This document shows positions 1-9,523 of a stretch of 64,000 nt of DNA, piece after piece. The translations under genes and the position numbers were made by a program. The notes beneath the pieces are model-generated. The model was not told where the DNA came from. It saw nothing but the letters and a program-made list of their open reading frames with translations, and ran no database searches. Origin of the DNA: Candidatus Omnitrophota bacterium (GTDB lineage: Bacteria; Omnitrophota; Gorgyraeia; Zapsychrales; Fredricksoniimonadaceae); assembly GCA_028870995.1 (NCBI GenBank), contig JAGWOI010000007.1, forward strand, positions 20,337 through 84,336, given 5' to 3'. The number at the start of each line of letters is the position of its first letter. The stretch's first letter is position 1.

Positions 1-613
1 CTTGCAGGGCGGCCTGGTCCAAATCGGCTTTTTCCTTCTCAAGTTCCACCTGCAGCGCGGCCTTCTGGCGTAAGACGGAAGCCCAATAATATTCACCCTT
101 TTGGGTGGTCACATCAGGAGCTGTTAAAGCGGAAAGATCCGGAGCGGCGGCCGTGGAGGCCGGAGCGGCGGCAGGAACCTTCACGGTACGGGTCCTGTAT
201 TTGTAAACGATCTTGACCGGCTGGTGCTTGAGCTTGTCCATCAGCTGATCGCGTTCCTTGCTGACGGTATCCGCCCTGTTTTTCCAGTCATCGCGGTCGG
301 AATTGGCTTGCTGCAGCTGCGCTGTGATATCGTCGGATTTTTGTTTCAGCTGGTCATACTGGCTTTGGAGCGAGGCCTTGTCCTGCTGGGCCTGGGTGAT
401 CTGTCCGCCGAGCTGATCTATCTTATCCTGCAGGGTCTTGGCCTGGGCGGTCATTCCTGCAATTTGATTTTGATCGTTATTAAATTCCTTGCGTAATGTC
501 TCGAATTGTCCCTGCAGTGTCTGTTTTTGCATTAAGGCCAGCACGGCGACGCCTGCGCTGATGACAACAAGCAGCCCTAAAATCCATACACTTACGCGCA
601 CTGCTATAGACAT
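1..613 (-). CDS. Membrane-anchored coiled-coil protein, runs off the window edge and is missing from the ORF track
   Basis: ATG at 613 after SD AAGGGGGA. Translates to MSIAVRVSVWILGLLVVISAGVAVLALMQKQTLQGQFETLRKEF..., one N-terminal TM segment then Q/K/D-rich heptads, open to position 1. Confidence 0.85.
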   Translation of the reverse strand, partial: MSIAVRVSVWILGLLVVISAGVAVLALMQKQTLQGQFETLRKEFNNDQNQIAGMTAQAKTLQDKIDQLGGQITQAQQDKASLQSQYDQLKQKSDDITAQLQQANSDRDDWKNRADTVSKERDQLMDKLKHQPVKIVYKYRTRTVKVPAAAPASTAAAPDLSALTAPDVTTQKGEYYWASVLRQKAALQVELEKEKADLDQAALQ

Positions 614-633
614 ATCGTTCCCCCTTAAAGGTA

Positions 634-661
634 TTTGTTATATTATACAAAATATAACAAA
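634..661. promoter_or_regulatory. Perfect 11-bp inverted repeat (operator-like) over the -10 box of the coiled-coil gene promoter
   Basis: TTTGTTATATT-atacaa-AATATAACAAA. On the minus strand TTGTAA-17-TATATT overlaps it. Confidence 0.55.
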
Positions 662-717
662 GCACGCGGCCCCTTACAAGGAAATTCAAAACAATTTTAT
701 CCCCTTGAAAAATATGT

Positions 718-1338
718 CTATTCGTAGCGGATGTTATCGAGGTAAAAAGTGCATGAGGTGGGGTTGTCGTCAACGTTGGCGATCCAGGCGAAGCCGCCGC
801 TGATGTAGCTTAAGTCCTTGTCGCGCAAATCGATCTCGTATTCCCGCCACTGATTGGTAAGGATGACCGGACCGATCGAGGCCGTGTCGGAATCGGGATA
901 ATCGCGGCCCTGGCCGATGCCGCCGATGCGGAATTCGGCGATCTTCTCACCGCCTTTCTCCCCCTTGGCCCAAAAGACCAGCTTCTTGGCGCCGGTGAGA
1001 TTATAACCGCCCTTGCGGTCGCCCCAATTGTCGGCGGGATTGAGCCAATAAATGCCGGCCCAATGACGGCCTTTGAGGGAACAGCCAATATCATAATCGA
1101 TCTTGATACAGCTCTTGCCGGACTGGCACCCTTGGGTCCAGGCATCGTTCATTTTAATGCATTGCCCGTCGGGCATGTAACCGGAAGGGGTGAAACGGTT
1201 GAGCGTGCCCTTGTCCTGGTACACGATAAAGGGCTTGAAGGATTTAGGGTTGTCCGCCTCCTGGGCATGAGCGCCGGCGGAAAACGACAAGAAAAATAAA
1301 AAGGTGACGGACACCTTTTTAAGAGTGCCCGTCACCAT
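718..1338 (-). CDS. Exported carbohydrate-binding-module-like (galactose-binding/CBM11/CIA30-like) protein
   Basis: Signal peptide ending AHA-QE. Beta-sandwich-type motifs WAGIYWLNP..NWG, YNLTGAKKLVFWAKG, LTNQWREYEIDL, FYLDNIRYE. Confidence 0.65.
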   Translation of the reverse strand: MVTGTLKKVSVTFLFFLSFSAGAHAQEADNPKSFKPFIVYQDKGTLNRFTPSGYMPDGQCIKMNDAWTQGCQSGKSCIKIDYDIGCSLKGRHWAGIYWLNPADNWGDRKGGYNLTGAKKLVFWAKGEKGGEKIAEFRIGGIGQGRDYPDSDTASIGPVILTNQWREYEIDLRDKDLSYISGGFAWIANVDDNPTSCTFYLDNIRYE

Positions 1339-1348
1339 AATGCCGCGG

Positions 1349-2341
1349 TTACACATTATCCAGTTCACCTAATTTCTGTTGGGCCGCTTCGGCAGGTTTC
1401 CAGAACCAGCCGGAGGGATCCCAGCATTGCGCGTAGAAAAACTCATTGATGACTCTCTTATACGCCTTGGCCGCATCGTCCTTCTTGCCGGCGTTTTGAT
1501 ACGCCTCGCCCAAAATGAATAACGCGGTCCCGACGTCGTTGAGGGCCCAGTAGCTGAAGGTCTTTTCCTTGGACTCCCAGGGATATTCCTTCAGAGAAGC
1601 CTGCATGTCCTTGGCCTTGGCGCCGTAGAGCTCGACGGTCTTGTTGACGTAAGCCTCAACACCTTTAAGGTCATTCGCCGCCAATGCCGCCCAAGCTTTC
1701 TGCACCAGGGTGCTGGACGAATAGTCGCCGAAGTCCCAATTGACGCCGGCCGCTATCATGTCCAATTTTTCCTGGGCCGCCTTGGCGGGTTTCCAGAACC
1801 AGCCCTTGGTGTCCCAGGCCTGGCCGAAGGAATAGTCCTTGATGACCTTGTTATAAGCTTCCTTGGCTTCGTCCTTCATATTGGCGGCACGGTAGGCCTC
1901 GCCTTGGATATAGTAGCAAGTCGCCACATCATTCAGGGCCCAATATTTAAAAATTTCATCGTTGCTGCCGGTGGCGTAATCCTTCAGGCCAGCCTGCATC
2001 TTGGCCGCTTGGGCCGCGTAAAGCGAGATGCATTTGTTGGTGTACGCCAAAACCGCCTCGATATCGTTTTGGGCCAAGGCATTCCAGGCCTTGGTCGTCA
2101 GTGTCGAAGAACGGTAATCGCCGAAATTGATCGGGGCTTTGGGGGCTGCGGCAGGCGCAGCAGCTGCAGCAGGTGCGGCAGGAACCGCGGCCGGTTGTGC
2201 AGCCGCGCCTTGGGGCACCGGTACCGGCTGGGCCTCAGAGGCCATTTTGGCAGCACTAACGGCCGCCTGATCATCCGCGAAGACGCTCCCTGCGGTCGTG
2301 ACCAAGGTTACAACAAAAAACAATCCTAACCATTTTCTCAT
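1349..2341 (-). CDS. Exported protein with an Ala/Pro linker and two tandem ~130-aa TPR-like helical repeats
   Basis: Signal peptide. Duplicated FGDYxSSTL..KAW.AL...YWALNDV...GEAY...WDxxGWFWKPA.AAQ.KL. Strong SD AAGGAGGAG. Confidence 0.8.
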   Translation of the reverse strand: MRKWLGLFFVVTLVTTAGSVFADDQAAVSAAKMASEAQPVPVPQGAAAQPAAVPAAPAAAAAPAAAPKAPINFGDYRSSTLTTKAWNALAQNDIEAVLAYTNKCISLYAAQAAKMQAGLKDYATGSNDEIFKYWALNDVATCYYIQGEAYRAANMKDEAKEAYNKVIKDYSFGQAWDTKGWFWKPAKAAQEKLDMIAAGVNWDFGDYSSSTLVQKAWAALAANDLKGVEAYVNKTVELYGAKAKDMQASLKEYPWESKEKTFSYWALNDVGTALFILGEAYQNAGKKDDAAKAYKRVINEFFYAQCWDPSGWFWKPAEAAQQKLGELDNV

Positions 2342-2430
2342 GCCACTCCTCCTTAAGTTACACTTCCCACGGAATTATGGGGTTGCTTGATAAAAGCTGG
2401 GGCTTTCCTTTAATTTTGGATGCTCTGCCT

Positions 2431-4731
2431 CTATGAGTTCCAAAGCTTCTTATAAGTATAATACACTTTCCTGGGTTCGCGCAAGTAAGGCGATTGGGAG
2501 CCGTTGCCCTGGCCGAAAATGCCGAACCATTCTTCATAATAAAAGCCTGCCGGGAAGGGACCGACCACGTCCGCCTTGGTGTCGTGAACGGCCGGCGAAT
2601 AATCCTTCCACCATTCATCAAGCCATTCAAAAGCCATTCCGCCGACGGCATTTCCGGAGCCGTCTTTATAGCCCGCGCTGTTATAAAGGATATCCAGCCA
2701 ATTGCCCTTGTGATAATCCGCCTGGGCCTGCTGGGCCTCCTGGTAACTCATGCTGGAACCGCCGAAACCCGGGGCGCCGTATTCCGTAATGAAAGCGGGC
2801 TTGCCGGAAAGCTGGGCGACCTCGTCCCAAAAAGAGCCGAAACCATAATCCCCGCGGTAGACGTTGGCGCCGAAGGCGTCCACATCCTTGTCGTACTTTG
2901 CGAATTTATCCAGGAACAGGGTGTCGCCATTGCAGATGGCCACGGGGTGGTTGGGGTCGATGGATTTGATCATCTTGGCCACCTTATTGACGAACTTATA
3001 ATACGCGTCGGGATTCTTGTTCGCATTGGAAGCCACCCCATAATTGTTTTCGTTGCCCAGGATCCACATCAGGATATACGGCTCGTCCTTGAATTCCATC
3101 ACCATTTGGCGGACATAATTGAGCATGTTCTGCTGCTGAATGGGGTTCGAGTAATCGGTGCCCTGCGACCAGCTGGCGCCGGAACCGATGGCATACTTGC
3201 CCAGGAAATTGCTCATGGCCACCTTTAAACCGTATTTTTTATACATCTTTTCCAGGAACGGCTTGTCGGCCTTCATGGTGGCCTGGTAATAGATGCGCAG
3301 GGTATTGACGCCCATCTCCTTCATCAAGGCAAGGTCGCCCACGACGGGTTCGTCAGGGTCCCGTTTATTGTTGCCGTTCTTGTCCACCCAGGCCTGGTAA
3401 GGCGCATCGATCTTGCCGTCGTGGTCATCGTCTTCCTGCATCCAGTCGACCATGGTGCCGTCATCCGGGCTTTGACCGACCTTGGTTGGCATATAGGACA
3501 TGCCCTTGATCATGAACGGCTTGTTGTCGACGAGTAATTGCCAATGGCCGCTCGAATATTTGACGAAACGCACCTCGCCCTGGCCAGAATAATAAACCGG
3601 CTGCCCCAGCGGAATTTTTTCAGGTTCCGGATTCGTTTTTTGCCGGGCTATCTCCGCCGGGGTCAATTGGCGCAAGGTCCCCGGCCAGGTGATGGTGACG
3701 TACTTGTGCGCGTTATCCGGATACAGGATGCGTATGCGGCAACCGTCGAGGGCCAGATGCAATTCCGGATGAACGCGGATCAAATATTTGATCTTATAAA
3801 CCGCCGCCTGCGCCGGATACCACGGCGTCTGCCAGTATGTCCAGGCCAGCGTCGATGGGAAATTGACGATCAGCGAATCGTAGGCCTTGATTGCCTGCAG
3901 GTACATCTTGGCCTTTTCGAAGGTCTGGCCTATATAGAAAAGTTTGACGCCCCAATTCTCAGGCGAGGTAAACCACTTATAAAAAGCCGCCTGGAGATCA
4001 GGGGTATCGGTAAAGTCCCACGGGGTCCCATTCAGGCGGCATTCCTTCAGCGCCTTTTTATAGCCGGGATCCTTGTAGAGGTCCATAATATTAGGGTAGA
4101 TACCTTCCCCCAGAGCCGCCAGCAGCCCGGGGCGGTCCGTGATTTCGTAATGGTAATTTTCCGTGCCGACATTCAAGAATTTCCCGTATTTGGTCCAGTC
4201 CACAACTCTTTTGCCGGGGAATTTAAGCACCGGGACCGTCTTGGGGGCCAGCTTTCGGTGGGTCTCTTCATTCGAGGGGGTCTTGCCTTCCATCTCCTCG
4301 ATGGAGTCCTTGGACTTCTCCGCGATGGACCAATAGGCGCCGCGGCTGGGGTCGAAGCTTTGGGCCCAGGGGTATTGTTCGATGATCTCCTTAAATTCCT
4401 TGGTGGCCTCGGCATTATTGCCGTGGCGCTTCAAGGCTTCAGCCTTGATGAACAGGACCGTGGCCACATCGGACATGATCTTGTAATTGTCAAACTCGTC
4501 GCGCCGGGGAAAGCCGCTTAATTGAGAGGCCAAAAGGCGGGCTTCCCGCCCGTAGTGTTGAAGCATTTCATCGGTCAGCGCGTCAATGCCCTTTAAGTCG
4601 TCCTTATTGGATGCGGCCCAGGCCAGGCGCACGATGTCATCGGCTGCATGCGCCGCCGGGACGGATTTGGCTTGAGCAAGAGAAAAGGCCGCCGGCATAC
4701 AAAACAACACCACCATGAGAGTTTTTCGCAT
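2431..4731 (-). CDS. Exported clan GH-A glycoside hydrolase (GH2-TIM/GH158-like) with N-terminal helical repeats
   Basis: Signal peptide. MGVNTLRIY, WILGNENNY (acid/base), FITEYG (nucleophile), FEWLDEWWK, EEWFGI. Confidence 0.8.
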   Translation of the reverse strand: MRKTLMVVLFCMPAAFSLAQAKSVPAAHAADDIVRLAWAASNKDDLKGIDALTDEMLQHYGREARLLASQLSGFPRRDEFDNYKIMSDVATVLFIKAEALKRHGNNAEATKEFKEIIEQYPWAQSFDPSRGAYWSIAEKSKDSIEEMEGKTPSNEETHRKLAPKTVPVLKFPGKRVVDWTKYGKFLNVGTENYHYEITDRPGLLAALGEGIYPNIMDLYKDPGYKKALKECRLNGTPWDFTDTPDLQAAFYKWFTSPENWGVKLFYIGQTFEKAKMYLQAIKAYDSLIVNFPSTLAWTYWQTPWYPAQAAVYKIKYLIRVHPELHLALDGCRIRILYPDNAHKYVTITWPGTLRQLTPAEIARQKTNPEPEKIPLGQPVYYSGQGEVRFVKYSSGHWQLLVDNKPFMIKGMSYMPTKVGQSPDDGTMVDWMQEDDDHDGKIDAPYQAWVDKNGNNKRDPDEPVVGDLALMKEMGVNTLRIYYQATMKADKPFLEKMYKKYGLKVAMSNFLGKYAIGSGASWSQGTDYSNPIQQQNMLNYVRQMVMEFKDEPYILMWILGNENNYGVASNANKNPDAYYKFVNKVAKMIKSIDPNHPVAICNGDTLFLDKFAKYDKDVDAFGANVYRGDYGFGSFWDEVAQLSGKPAFITEYGAPGFGGSSMSYQEAQQAQADYHKGNWLDILYNSAGYKDGSGNAVGGMAFEWLDEWWKDYSPAVHDTKADVVGPFPAGFYYEEWFGIFGQGNGSQSPYLREPRKVYYTYKKLWNS

Positions 4732-5570
4732 TATCCCACAACCTCCCCGGAAAGTCCTTTAACGATGTATTTTTGCATAAACAAGTATATAACAATAATG
4801 GGTACCGCGGCCATGGTCAGGCCCGCCATCAGCACGGGATAATCCGTGCTGTGGGCGCCCTGAAAGATGATAAGCCCGCGCTGCAGCGGCATCAATTTGG
4901 AATCTTCCAACAACAGGGTGGCGAGAATGTACTCGTTCCAGACGTTCAGCGAATTAAAGATGACGATGACGGCGATGGCCGGCCGCGCGAAAGGCAGGGC
5001 CATGTTCCACCAGATGCCGAGCTTGGTGCAGCCGTCGATACGGGCGGCATCTTCCAGCTCATGAGGCATCTTGTCGAAAAAGGTTTTAAGAATAAGGATG
5101 CTCATGGATAAGCCCACGTTGATCATGCATAGGATATAGCCCAGGCGCGTATTGACCAGATGCAGCTTGGTCATGAGCACAAATAAGGCCACGAAAGATC
5201 CCGGCAACGGGATCATCATGGCGGCCACGAACAGATAAAAGATGATATTTTTACCCGGAAAATTCAGCCGCGAGAAAGAAAAGGCCGCCAAGGACGCAAT
5301 GATGACGATGCCCGTCACCACACAGGCGGTATAGATAACGCTGTTGAGGAAATAGATGCCGAAACTGCCCTGGGTCCAGGCCTTGACGAAATTGTTGAAA
5401 TCAAGATGATGCGGTATCAGGGACTGGTCGACGAAGATGGTCTGGTTGGTCATGAAGGCACAGCGCACCATCCAAAAAATGGGGAACAGGCAGGTGACGG
5501 CAACACTCATCAAAAAGATATGGATGATTGTTGAGCGGGCCGACCTGAACAAAACATACTTGTTTATCAT
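4731..5570 (-). CDS. Carbohydrate ABC transporter permease (MalG-like)
   Basis: Six TM segments, EAA loop ELEDAARIDG, WNEY motif. Confidence 0.92.
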   Translation of the reverse strand: MINKYVLFRSARSTIIHIFLMSVAVTCLFPIFWMVRCAFMTNQTIFVDQSLIPHHLDFNNFVKAWTQGSFGIYFLNSVIYTACVVTGIVIIASLAAFSFSRLNFPGKNIIFYLFVAAMMIPLPGSFVALFVLMTKLHLVNTRLGYILCMINVGLSMSILILKTFFDKMPHELEDAARIDGCTKLGIWWNMALPFARPAIAVIVIFNSLNVWNEYILATLLLEDSKLMPLQRGLIIFQGAHSTDYPVLMAGLTMAAVPIIVIYLFMQKYIVKGLSGEVVG

Positions 5571-6481
5571 GCGTGCTTGACCTTGTCCGATAATTTTTTC
5601 GTAATAAAGGAAATGCAGACCAAAATCATCCCAAAGATGACCGCCTCGGCGCAGGCATAGCCGAACTGGTTGGTGTTCTGCATGGCTGAGAAGATACGCG
5701 TCACGGGCACGTCTGTATAATTGACCAGGCCTTCGTTGACCATGGCCAAAATCAGCACGAAGACCTGCATGCAGCCTAAAATCGTCAGGATCATCACCAC
5801 CAGGATGACCGGCAGCATCATCGGCACAGTGACGTTGGTAAAGGTCTTCCAGGTACCTGCCCCGTCGATCTTGGCTGCTTCGTACAATTGCTTGTCGATG
5901 GTCTGCAAGCCCGCCAGCATGATGATGAATCCCCAGCCGAAACCTTTCCAGCTGTTGACGATGGCGATGGTGCTCAAGGCGGTCGCGGGGTCGGCCAGCC
6001 AGTCATGCACCATTTGCGGAAAGCCGCTGGCATACAACAGGTGGTTGAGCAGCCCGATATACTGCCCGTTTTGCGTCTCGGGATTCAAGATCCAGTTCCA
6101 GATAAGACCGACCACCACTTCCGAAAGCACCGGAGGTATAAAGAAAACCACCCGGTAAAAGCGTTTCAAGCGGATCTCGCGGTCGCAGGCCATGGCCAGA
6201 AAGAAGGCCAGGGCGTTTTGAAAGGTCAGAGCGATCAGGGTGATATAGCCGGCGTGCCAGATGGAATTCCACCAGAGATGGTCGTGCATCAATTCCTGGT
6301 AATTGGAAAGCCCGATGAAATGCATGGGACCGATGCCTCTCCAATCATAAAAGGAGAGATTGATCATTTTATAGAACGGATAGATATAGAAAATGCAGAA
6401 AATGGCAAAGGCCGGCAGAACAAATAAGAAATTCTGAAAATTGTTTTTGAGCGCCAGGGCGCCATTACTCTTTAGTTTCAT
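5567..6481 (-). CDS. Carbohydrate ABC transporter permease (MalF-like)
   Basis: FIGLSNY, LYEAAKIDGAG EAA loop, ATGA overlap with neighbours. Confidence 0.92.
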   Translation of the reverse strand: MKLKSNGALALKNNFQNFLFVLPAFAIFCIFYIYPFYKMINLSFYDWRGIGPMHFIGLSNYQELMHDHLWWNSIWHAGYITLIALTFQNALAFFLAMACDREIRLKRFYRVVFFIPPVLSEVVVGLIWNWILNPETQNGQYIGLLNHLLYASGFPQMVHDWLADPATALSTIAIVNSWKGFGWGFIIMLAGLQTIDKQLYEAAKIDGAGTWKTFTNVTVPMMLPVILVVMILTILGCMQVFVLILAMVNEGLVNYTDVPVTRIFSAMQNTNQFGYACAEAVIFGMILVCISFITKKLSDKVKHA

Positions 6482-7770
6482 CGGCGACGGTTGTGTTTAG
6501 CCATCTGTTGGTCTTTCACCTTTTGGACTTCTTGGGCCACCTGCTCCGGCGTTTTATCACCGATAAGGATGGCCTGCAAACCGCGGTCAAATGCTTCACT
6601 GACCGTCGGATCTTCGTTCAGCGGCCAAATATTGGGATGCGTGGACTCCTCCATCCCTTTGGAAAAATCCCTTAAGATCGGCGATACGGCGACCGTGGCC
6701 TGGCGGTTGGAAGGCAGGTTGTTGGTCTCACGGGCCAGCACCTCCTGCTGCTTCTCGGAGGTCAGCCATTTCAAAAAGGCGATGGCTTTATCTTTATTAG
6801 GCGACTGGGCGTTGACCACAAAGGTGGACCCGGCGCTGCCCCAGATCTTCAGGGGATAGGCGTTTGAAATGGGCGGCGGCGGGATGACACCGTAATCCAG
6901 CTTAGGATTCATTTCTTTATACACATTGACGCACCAGGAACCATTGAAGGCAAAGGCCGCGCGTTCAAGGGCGAAATCCTGCTCGGCGTACTTGTTGCCT
7001 TTGGTCACGATACCGTTCATCAGCACGCCATTCTTGTAAAGTTGGGCGAAAACACCGAAGACCTTGAGCCAATCGGGGTCCGTGTATTTGACCTTGCCGC
7101 GGAAGGTATCGAAGACCTTTTGCTCGCCCATGATATTAAACGCGTAATTGGACGCAAAACAATCCAAAAGCCACAATTCCCCCCATCCGGCCACAAAGGG
7201 TGTTATCCCCACGCGCCGCAGGAGATGGGCATCCTTAAGGAAGTCGTCGAAGGTTTGGGGAGGGTTTTTGATCCCGGCCTTGGCCAGCAGTTTCTTATTG
7301 TAAAGCATCTGCTCATTGGTCACGTCGATGGGAACGCCGTAAATGCCGGGCTTGATGCCGTAACTGTTGCCGGGATCAAAGCTCTTGTCGGCCAGGGCCT
7401 TTGCATAAAGGCTGTTTTTCCAAACCCCGCCGCCCGCCTCCATGTCCGGCGTAAGATCGGTGACGAGCCCGGCCTTGATGAAATCCGCCACGATGGATTT
7501 TTTATCGAGGATGCCGTAAATGTCGGGCAGGACATTGGCCTGGGCGGCGGCGATGACTTTCTGGGAATAGGATTCTGACGGGGCAAATAACTGGACGGCG
7601 ACTTCGATGCCGGTTTTTTCTTTGTATTCCTGGGCTAATTTCTGGAGGGTGTCCTGCCTGTCCGTCATCCAGTGCCACAAAATGAGCTTGTTGCTGGGCT
7701 GGGGCGGTTGAGAACAGCCGGCAAGGCAAGCCAACACGAGGCAGCAACAAACAGAAGCCAATCGGCGCAT
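6478..7770 (-). CDS. Sugar ABC transporter substrate-binding lipoprotein
   Basis: Start refined to ATG 7770. Lipobox LAGC. SBP family 1 motifs YGVP, LYNKKLLAKAGI..PPQTFDDF, KAIAFLKWLTS. Confidence 0.9.
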   Translation of the reverse strand: MRRLASVCCCLVLACLAGCSQPPQPSNKLILWHWMTDRQDTLQKLAQEYKEKTGIEVAVQLFAPSESYSQKVIAAAQANVLPDIYGILDKKSIVADFIKAGLVTDLTPDMEAGGGVWKNSLYAKALADKSFDPGNSYGIKPGIYGVPIDVTNEQMLYNKKLLAKAGIKNPPQTFDDFLKDAHLLRRVGITPFVAGWGELWLLDCFASNYAFNIMGEQKVFDTFRGKVKYTDPDWLKVFGVFAQLYKNGVLMNGIVTKGNKYAEQDFALERAAFAFNGSWCVNVYKEMNPKLDYGVIPPPPISNAYPLKIWGSAGSTFVVNAQSPNKDKAIAFLKWLTSEKQQEVLARETNNLPSNRQATVAVSPILRDFSKGMEESTHPNIWPLNEDPTVSEAFDRGLQAILIGDKTPEQVAQEVQKVKDQQMAKHNRRR

Positions 7771-8002
7771 CCTTAAATCCCCCCCTTCCACAAATTCCAC
7801 GCACTTTCCACTGATTCTACGTGCCGATTCCTTAAAGCTTTTAGAAAAACGGCTAAGAAGCGTTGAATGAAAAATTACGGCGAAAACATATAAAACGAAA
7901 GTAAAAATTTAACATAGACGAAGACGGTTCGTCAAATAAAAAATACCGGCGGCACCGAAGGTAAGGGTCTTTAAAGCAGAGGTCTGGGGGGCTAAAGCTT
8001 TT

Positions 8003-9433
8003 TCAAGCTTTTCCTCGTCTTTCTTCCAGTTGCCGGCGTATATCATAGGCTTTGTCTTCGGTAATGTCAAAAGTCAGGATGAAATACAGCGCGATCAACG
8101 AAGCCGCGATCGGAATGCCGATATCGCAAAGCCGCATGTACAACAAGGTGTGCGCCGTCTGGTGCCCGTGCAGCGATTCCTTGAAACCGGTCCAGTTCAA
8201 CAGGAAGCCGGAAAGCAGGGAGGCTGCGGCCTGGCCCAATTTGATCATCCACCAATAAATGGCGCCGAAAATCCCCTCCCGCCGGGTGCCGGTTTGAAGC
8301 TCGTCGAGGTCGCAGACATCCGCCAGCATGGAAGTGACGATGGTAAAAAGCGAACCCAGGCTGAAGGCGATGAAAGGGGCGGCGATCAGCAGCAAATACG
8401 GGTGGTGCGGATTGTACCCCCACCATTTTAAGGCATAGCCGACAATGGAAATGGGAATGGTGATGAGCAGGGTGTTGCGCTTGCCTAGTTTGGTGGCGAT
8501 CCAGGTGATCAGGGGGAAAACGATAAAGAAGCTGAAGAGCGACGAGGCCGTCCCGTTCCATCCGAGCAAGGCCCCTCCTTTGCCGTAATCCCCGGCATAA
8601 TCATAAAAAAAGATATTGTAGGCCACAAAAGAGGACGCCAGCATGAAACCGTTAAAAATAAGAAAGGTGATGATGCACAGCTGGACAAAGGGGCGGTTCT
8701 TCAAAGCGATGGCGCAGCCCCCGAAGAAATCCTTGACCACTTCGCGCAGGTTCTTTTTCTGGGGCTTTGACAAATGAGTGAAATATTCCTTGTTAAAAAC
8801 AGCCGGCAGGATGCCGCCCACCAGGATGAAGGCGCCGAAGATGAACGCCAGGGTGCGCACCCCGTGGACAAGGTCCTTGTCGCCGGAATACATGAAGGAA
8901 AACAGCCAGGGCGCCACGACCCAGGCGATCTGTCCGACCGTGTTGCCCCACCCCTGCAGGCGCGTGCGCTCGTGATAATCCGGCGTCATTTCAAAACCCA
9001 ACGCCACAAAGGGAATCGCAAAAAAGGCAAAAGCCACCACATAAAGGCACTGGATCACCAGGAAATACCAAAAATTATAGGTGGTGCTGTGCTCTTTATA
9101 GAGCTGGAACAAGAGGACGAATAATATGCCCGCCATGACGGCACCGAATAACATGAAGGGCCGGCGGCGGCCGTACTTGGTGCGTGTGTTATCGGAGGTA
9201 TAGCCGATCAGGGGATCAGTGAAGGCATCGATCAGCCGGGGCACGGTGCCGACGATCCCCACCAGCGCCGGATCCATCCCCAACCCGAGGTTCAAGACCA
9301 GGACCATGGCCGTCAGGGCGGCCGCCTGCATCTGGTTGACGAGCCAGCCGATACTGAAAATCACTTTTTGAAAAAGGGGGATACGGTCTTGACGGGCGGT
9401 AACGTGGTGGGAATGCTCGACGACTTCGTCCAT
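8003..9433 (-). CDS. MFS glycoside-pentoside-hexuronide (GPH/MelB-like) cation symporter
   Basis: PRLIDAFTDPLIGYTSDNTRTKYGRRRPF, EMTPDYHERT, ADVCD...TGTRREG. Confidence 0.92.
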   Translation of the reverse strand: MDEVVEHSHHVTARQDRIPLFQKVIFSIGWLVNQMQAAALTAMVLVLNLGLGMDPALVGIVGTVPRLIDAFTDPLIGYTSDNTRTKYGRRRPFMLFGAVMAGILFVLLFQLYKEHSTTYNFWYFLVIQCLYVVAFAFFAIPFVALGFEMTPDYHERTRLQGWGNTVGQIAWVVAPWLFSFMYSGDKDLVHGVRTLAFIFGAFILVGGILPAVFNKEYFTHLSKPQKKNLREVVKDFFGGCAIALKNRPFVQLCIITFLIFNGFMLASSFVAYNIFFYDYAGDYGKGGALLGWNGTASSLFSFFIVFPLITWIATKLGKRNTLLITIPISIVGYALKWWGYNPHHPYLLLIAAPFIAFSLGSLFTIVTSMLADVCDLDELQTGTRREGIFGAIYWWMIKLGQAAASLLSGFLLNWTGFKESLHGHQTAHTLLYMRLCDIGIPIAASLIALYFILTFDITEDKAYDIRRQLEERRGKA

Positions 9434-9474
9434 TAATTCTCCTTAAAATTAACACCGGCAAATTAGAAGGTAGG

Positions 9475-9503
9475 ATTATAACAAACTCATCCCCTATATA
9501 CAA
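9475..9503 (-). promoter_or_regulatory. Sigma70-type promoter for the GPH symporter
   Basis: TTGTAT-17-TATAAT with extended TG. Confidence 0.6.
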
Positions 9504-9523
9504 TAAGTAATAATACCGAAGAA

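Noticed and set aside
224-803. Track ORFs 224..496(+), 480..773(-) and 489..803(+)
   Set aside because: They are shadows of the real minus-strand coiled-coil gene starting at 613 and of its promoter region.
3538-4521. Long antisense ORFs (e.g. 3538..4521, 25896..26876, 24677..25432, 36481..37209)
   Set aside because: They lie opposite well-supported genes, lack motifs and SDs, and are expected from codon bias in GC-rich coding DNA.
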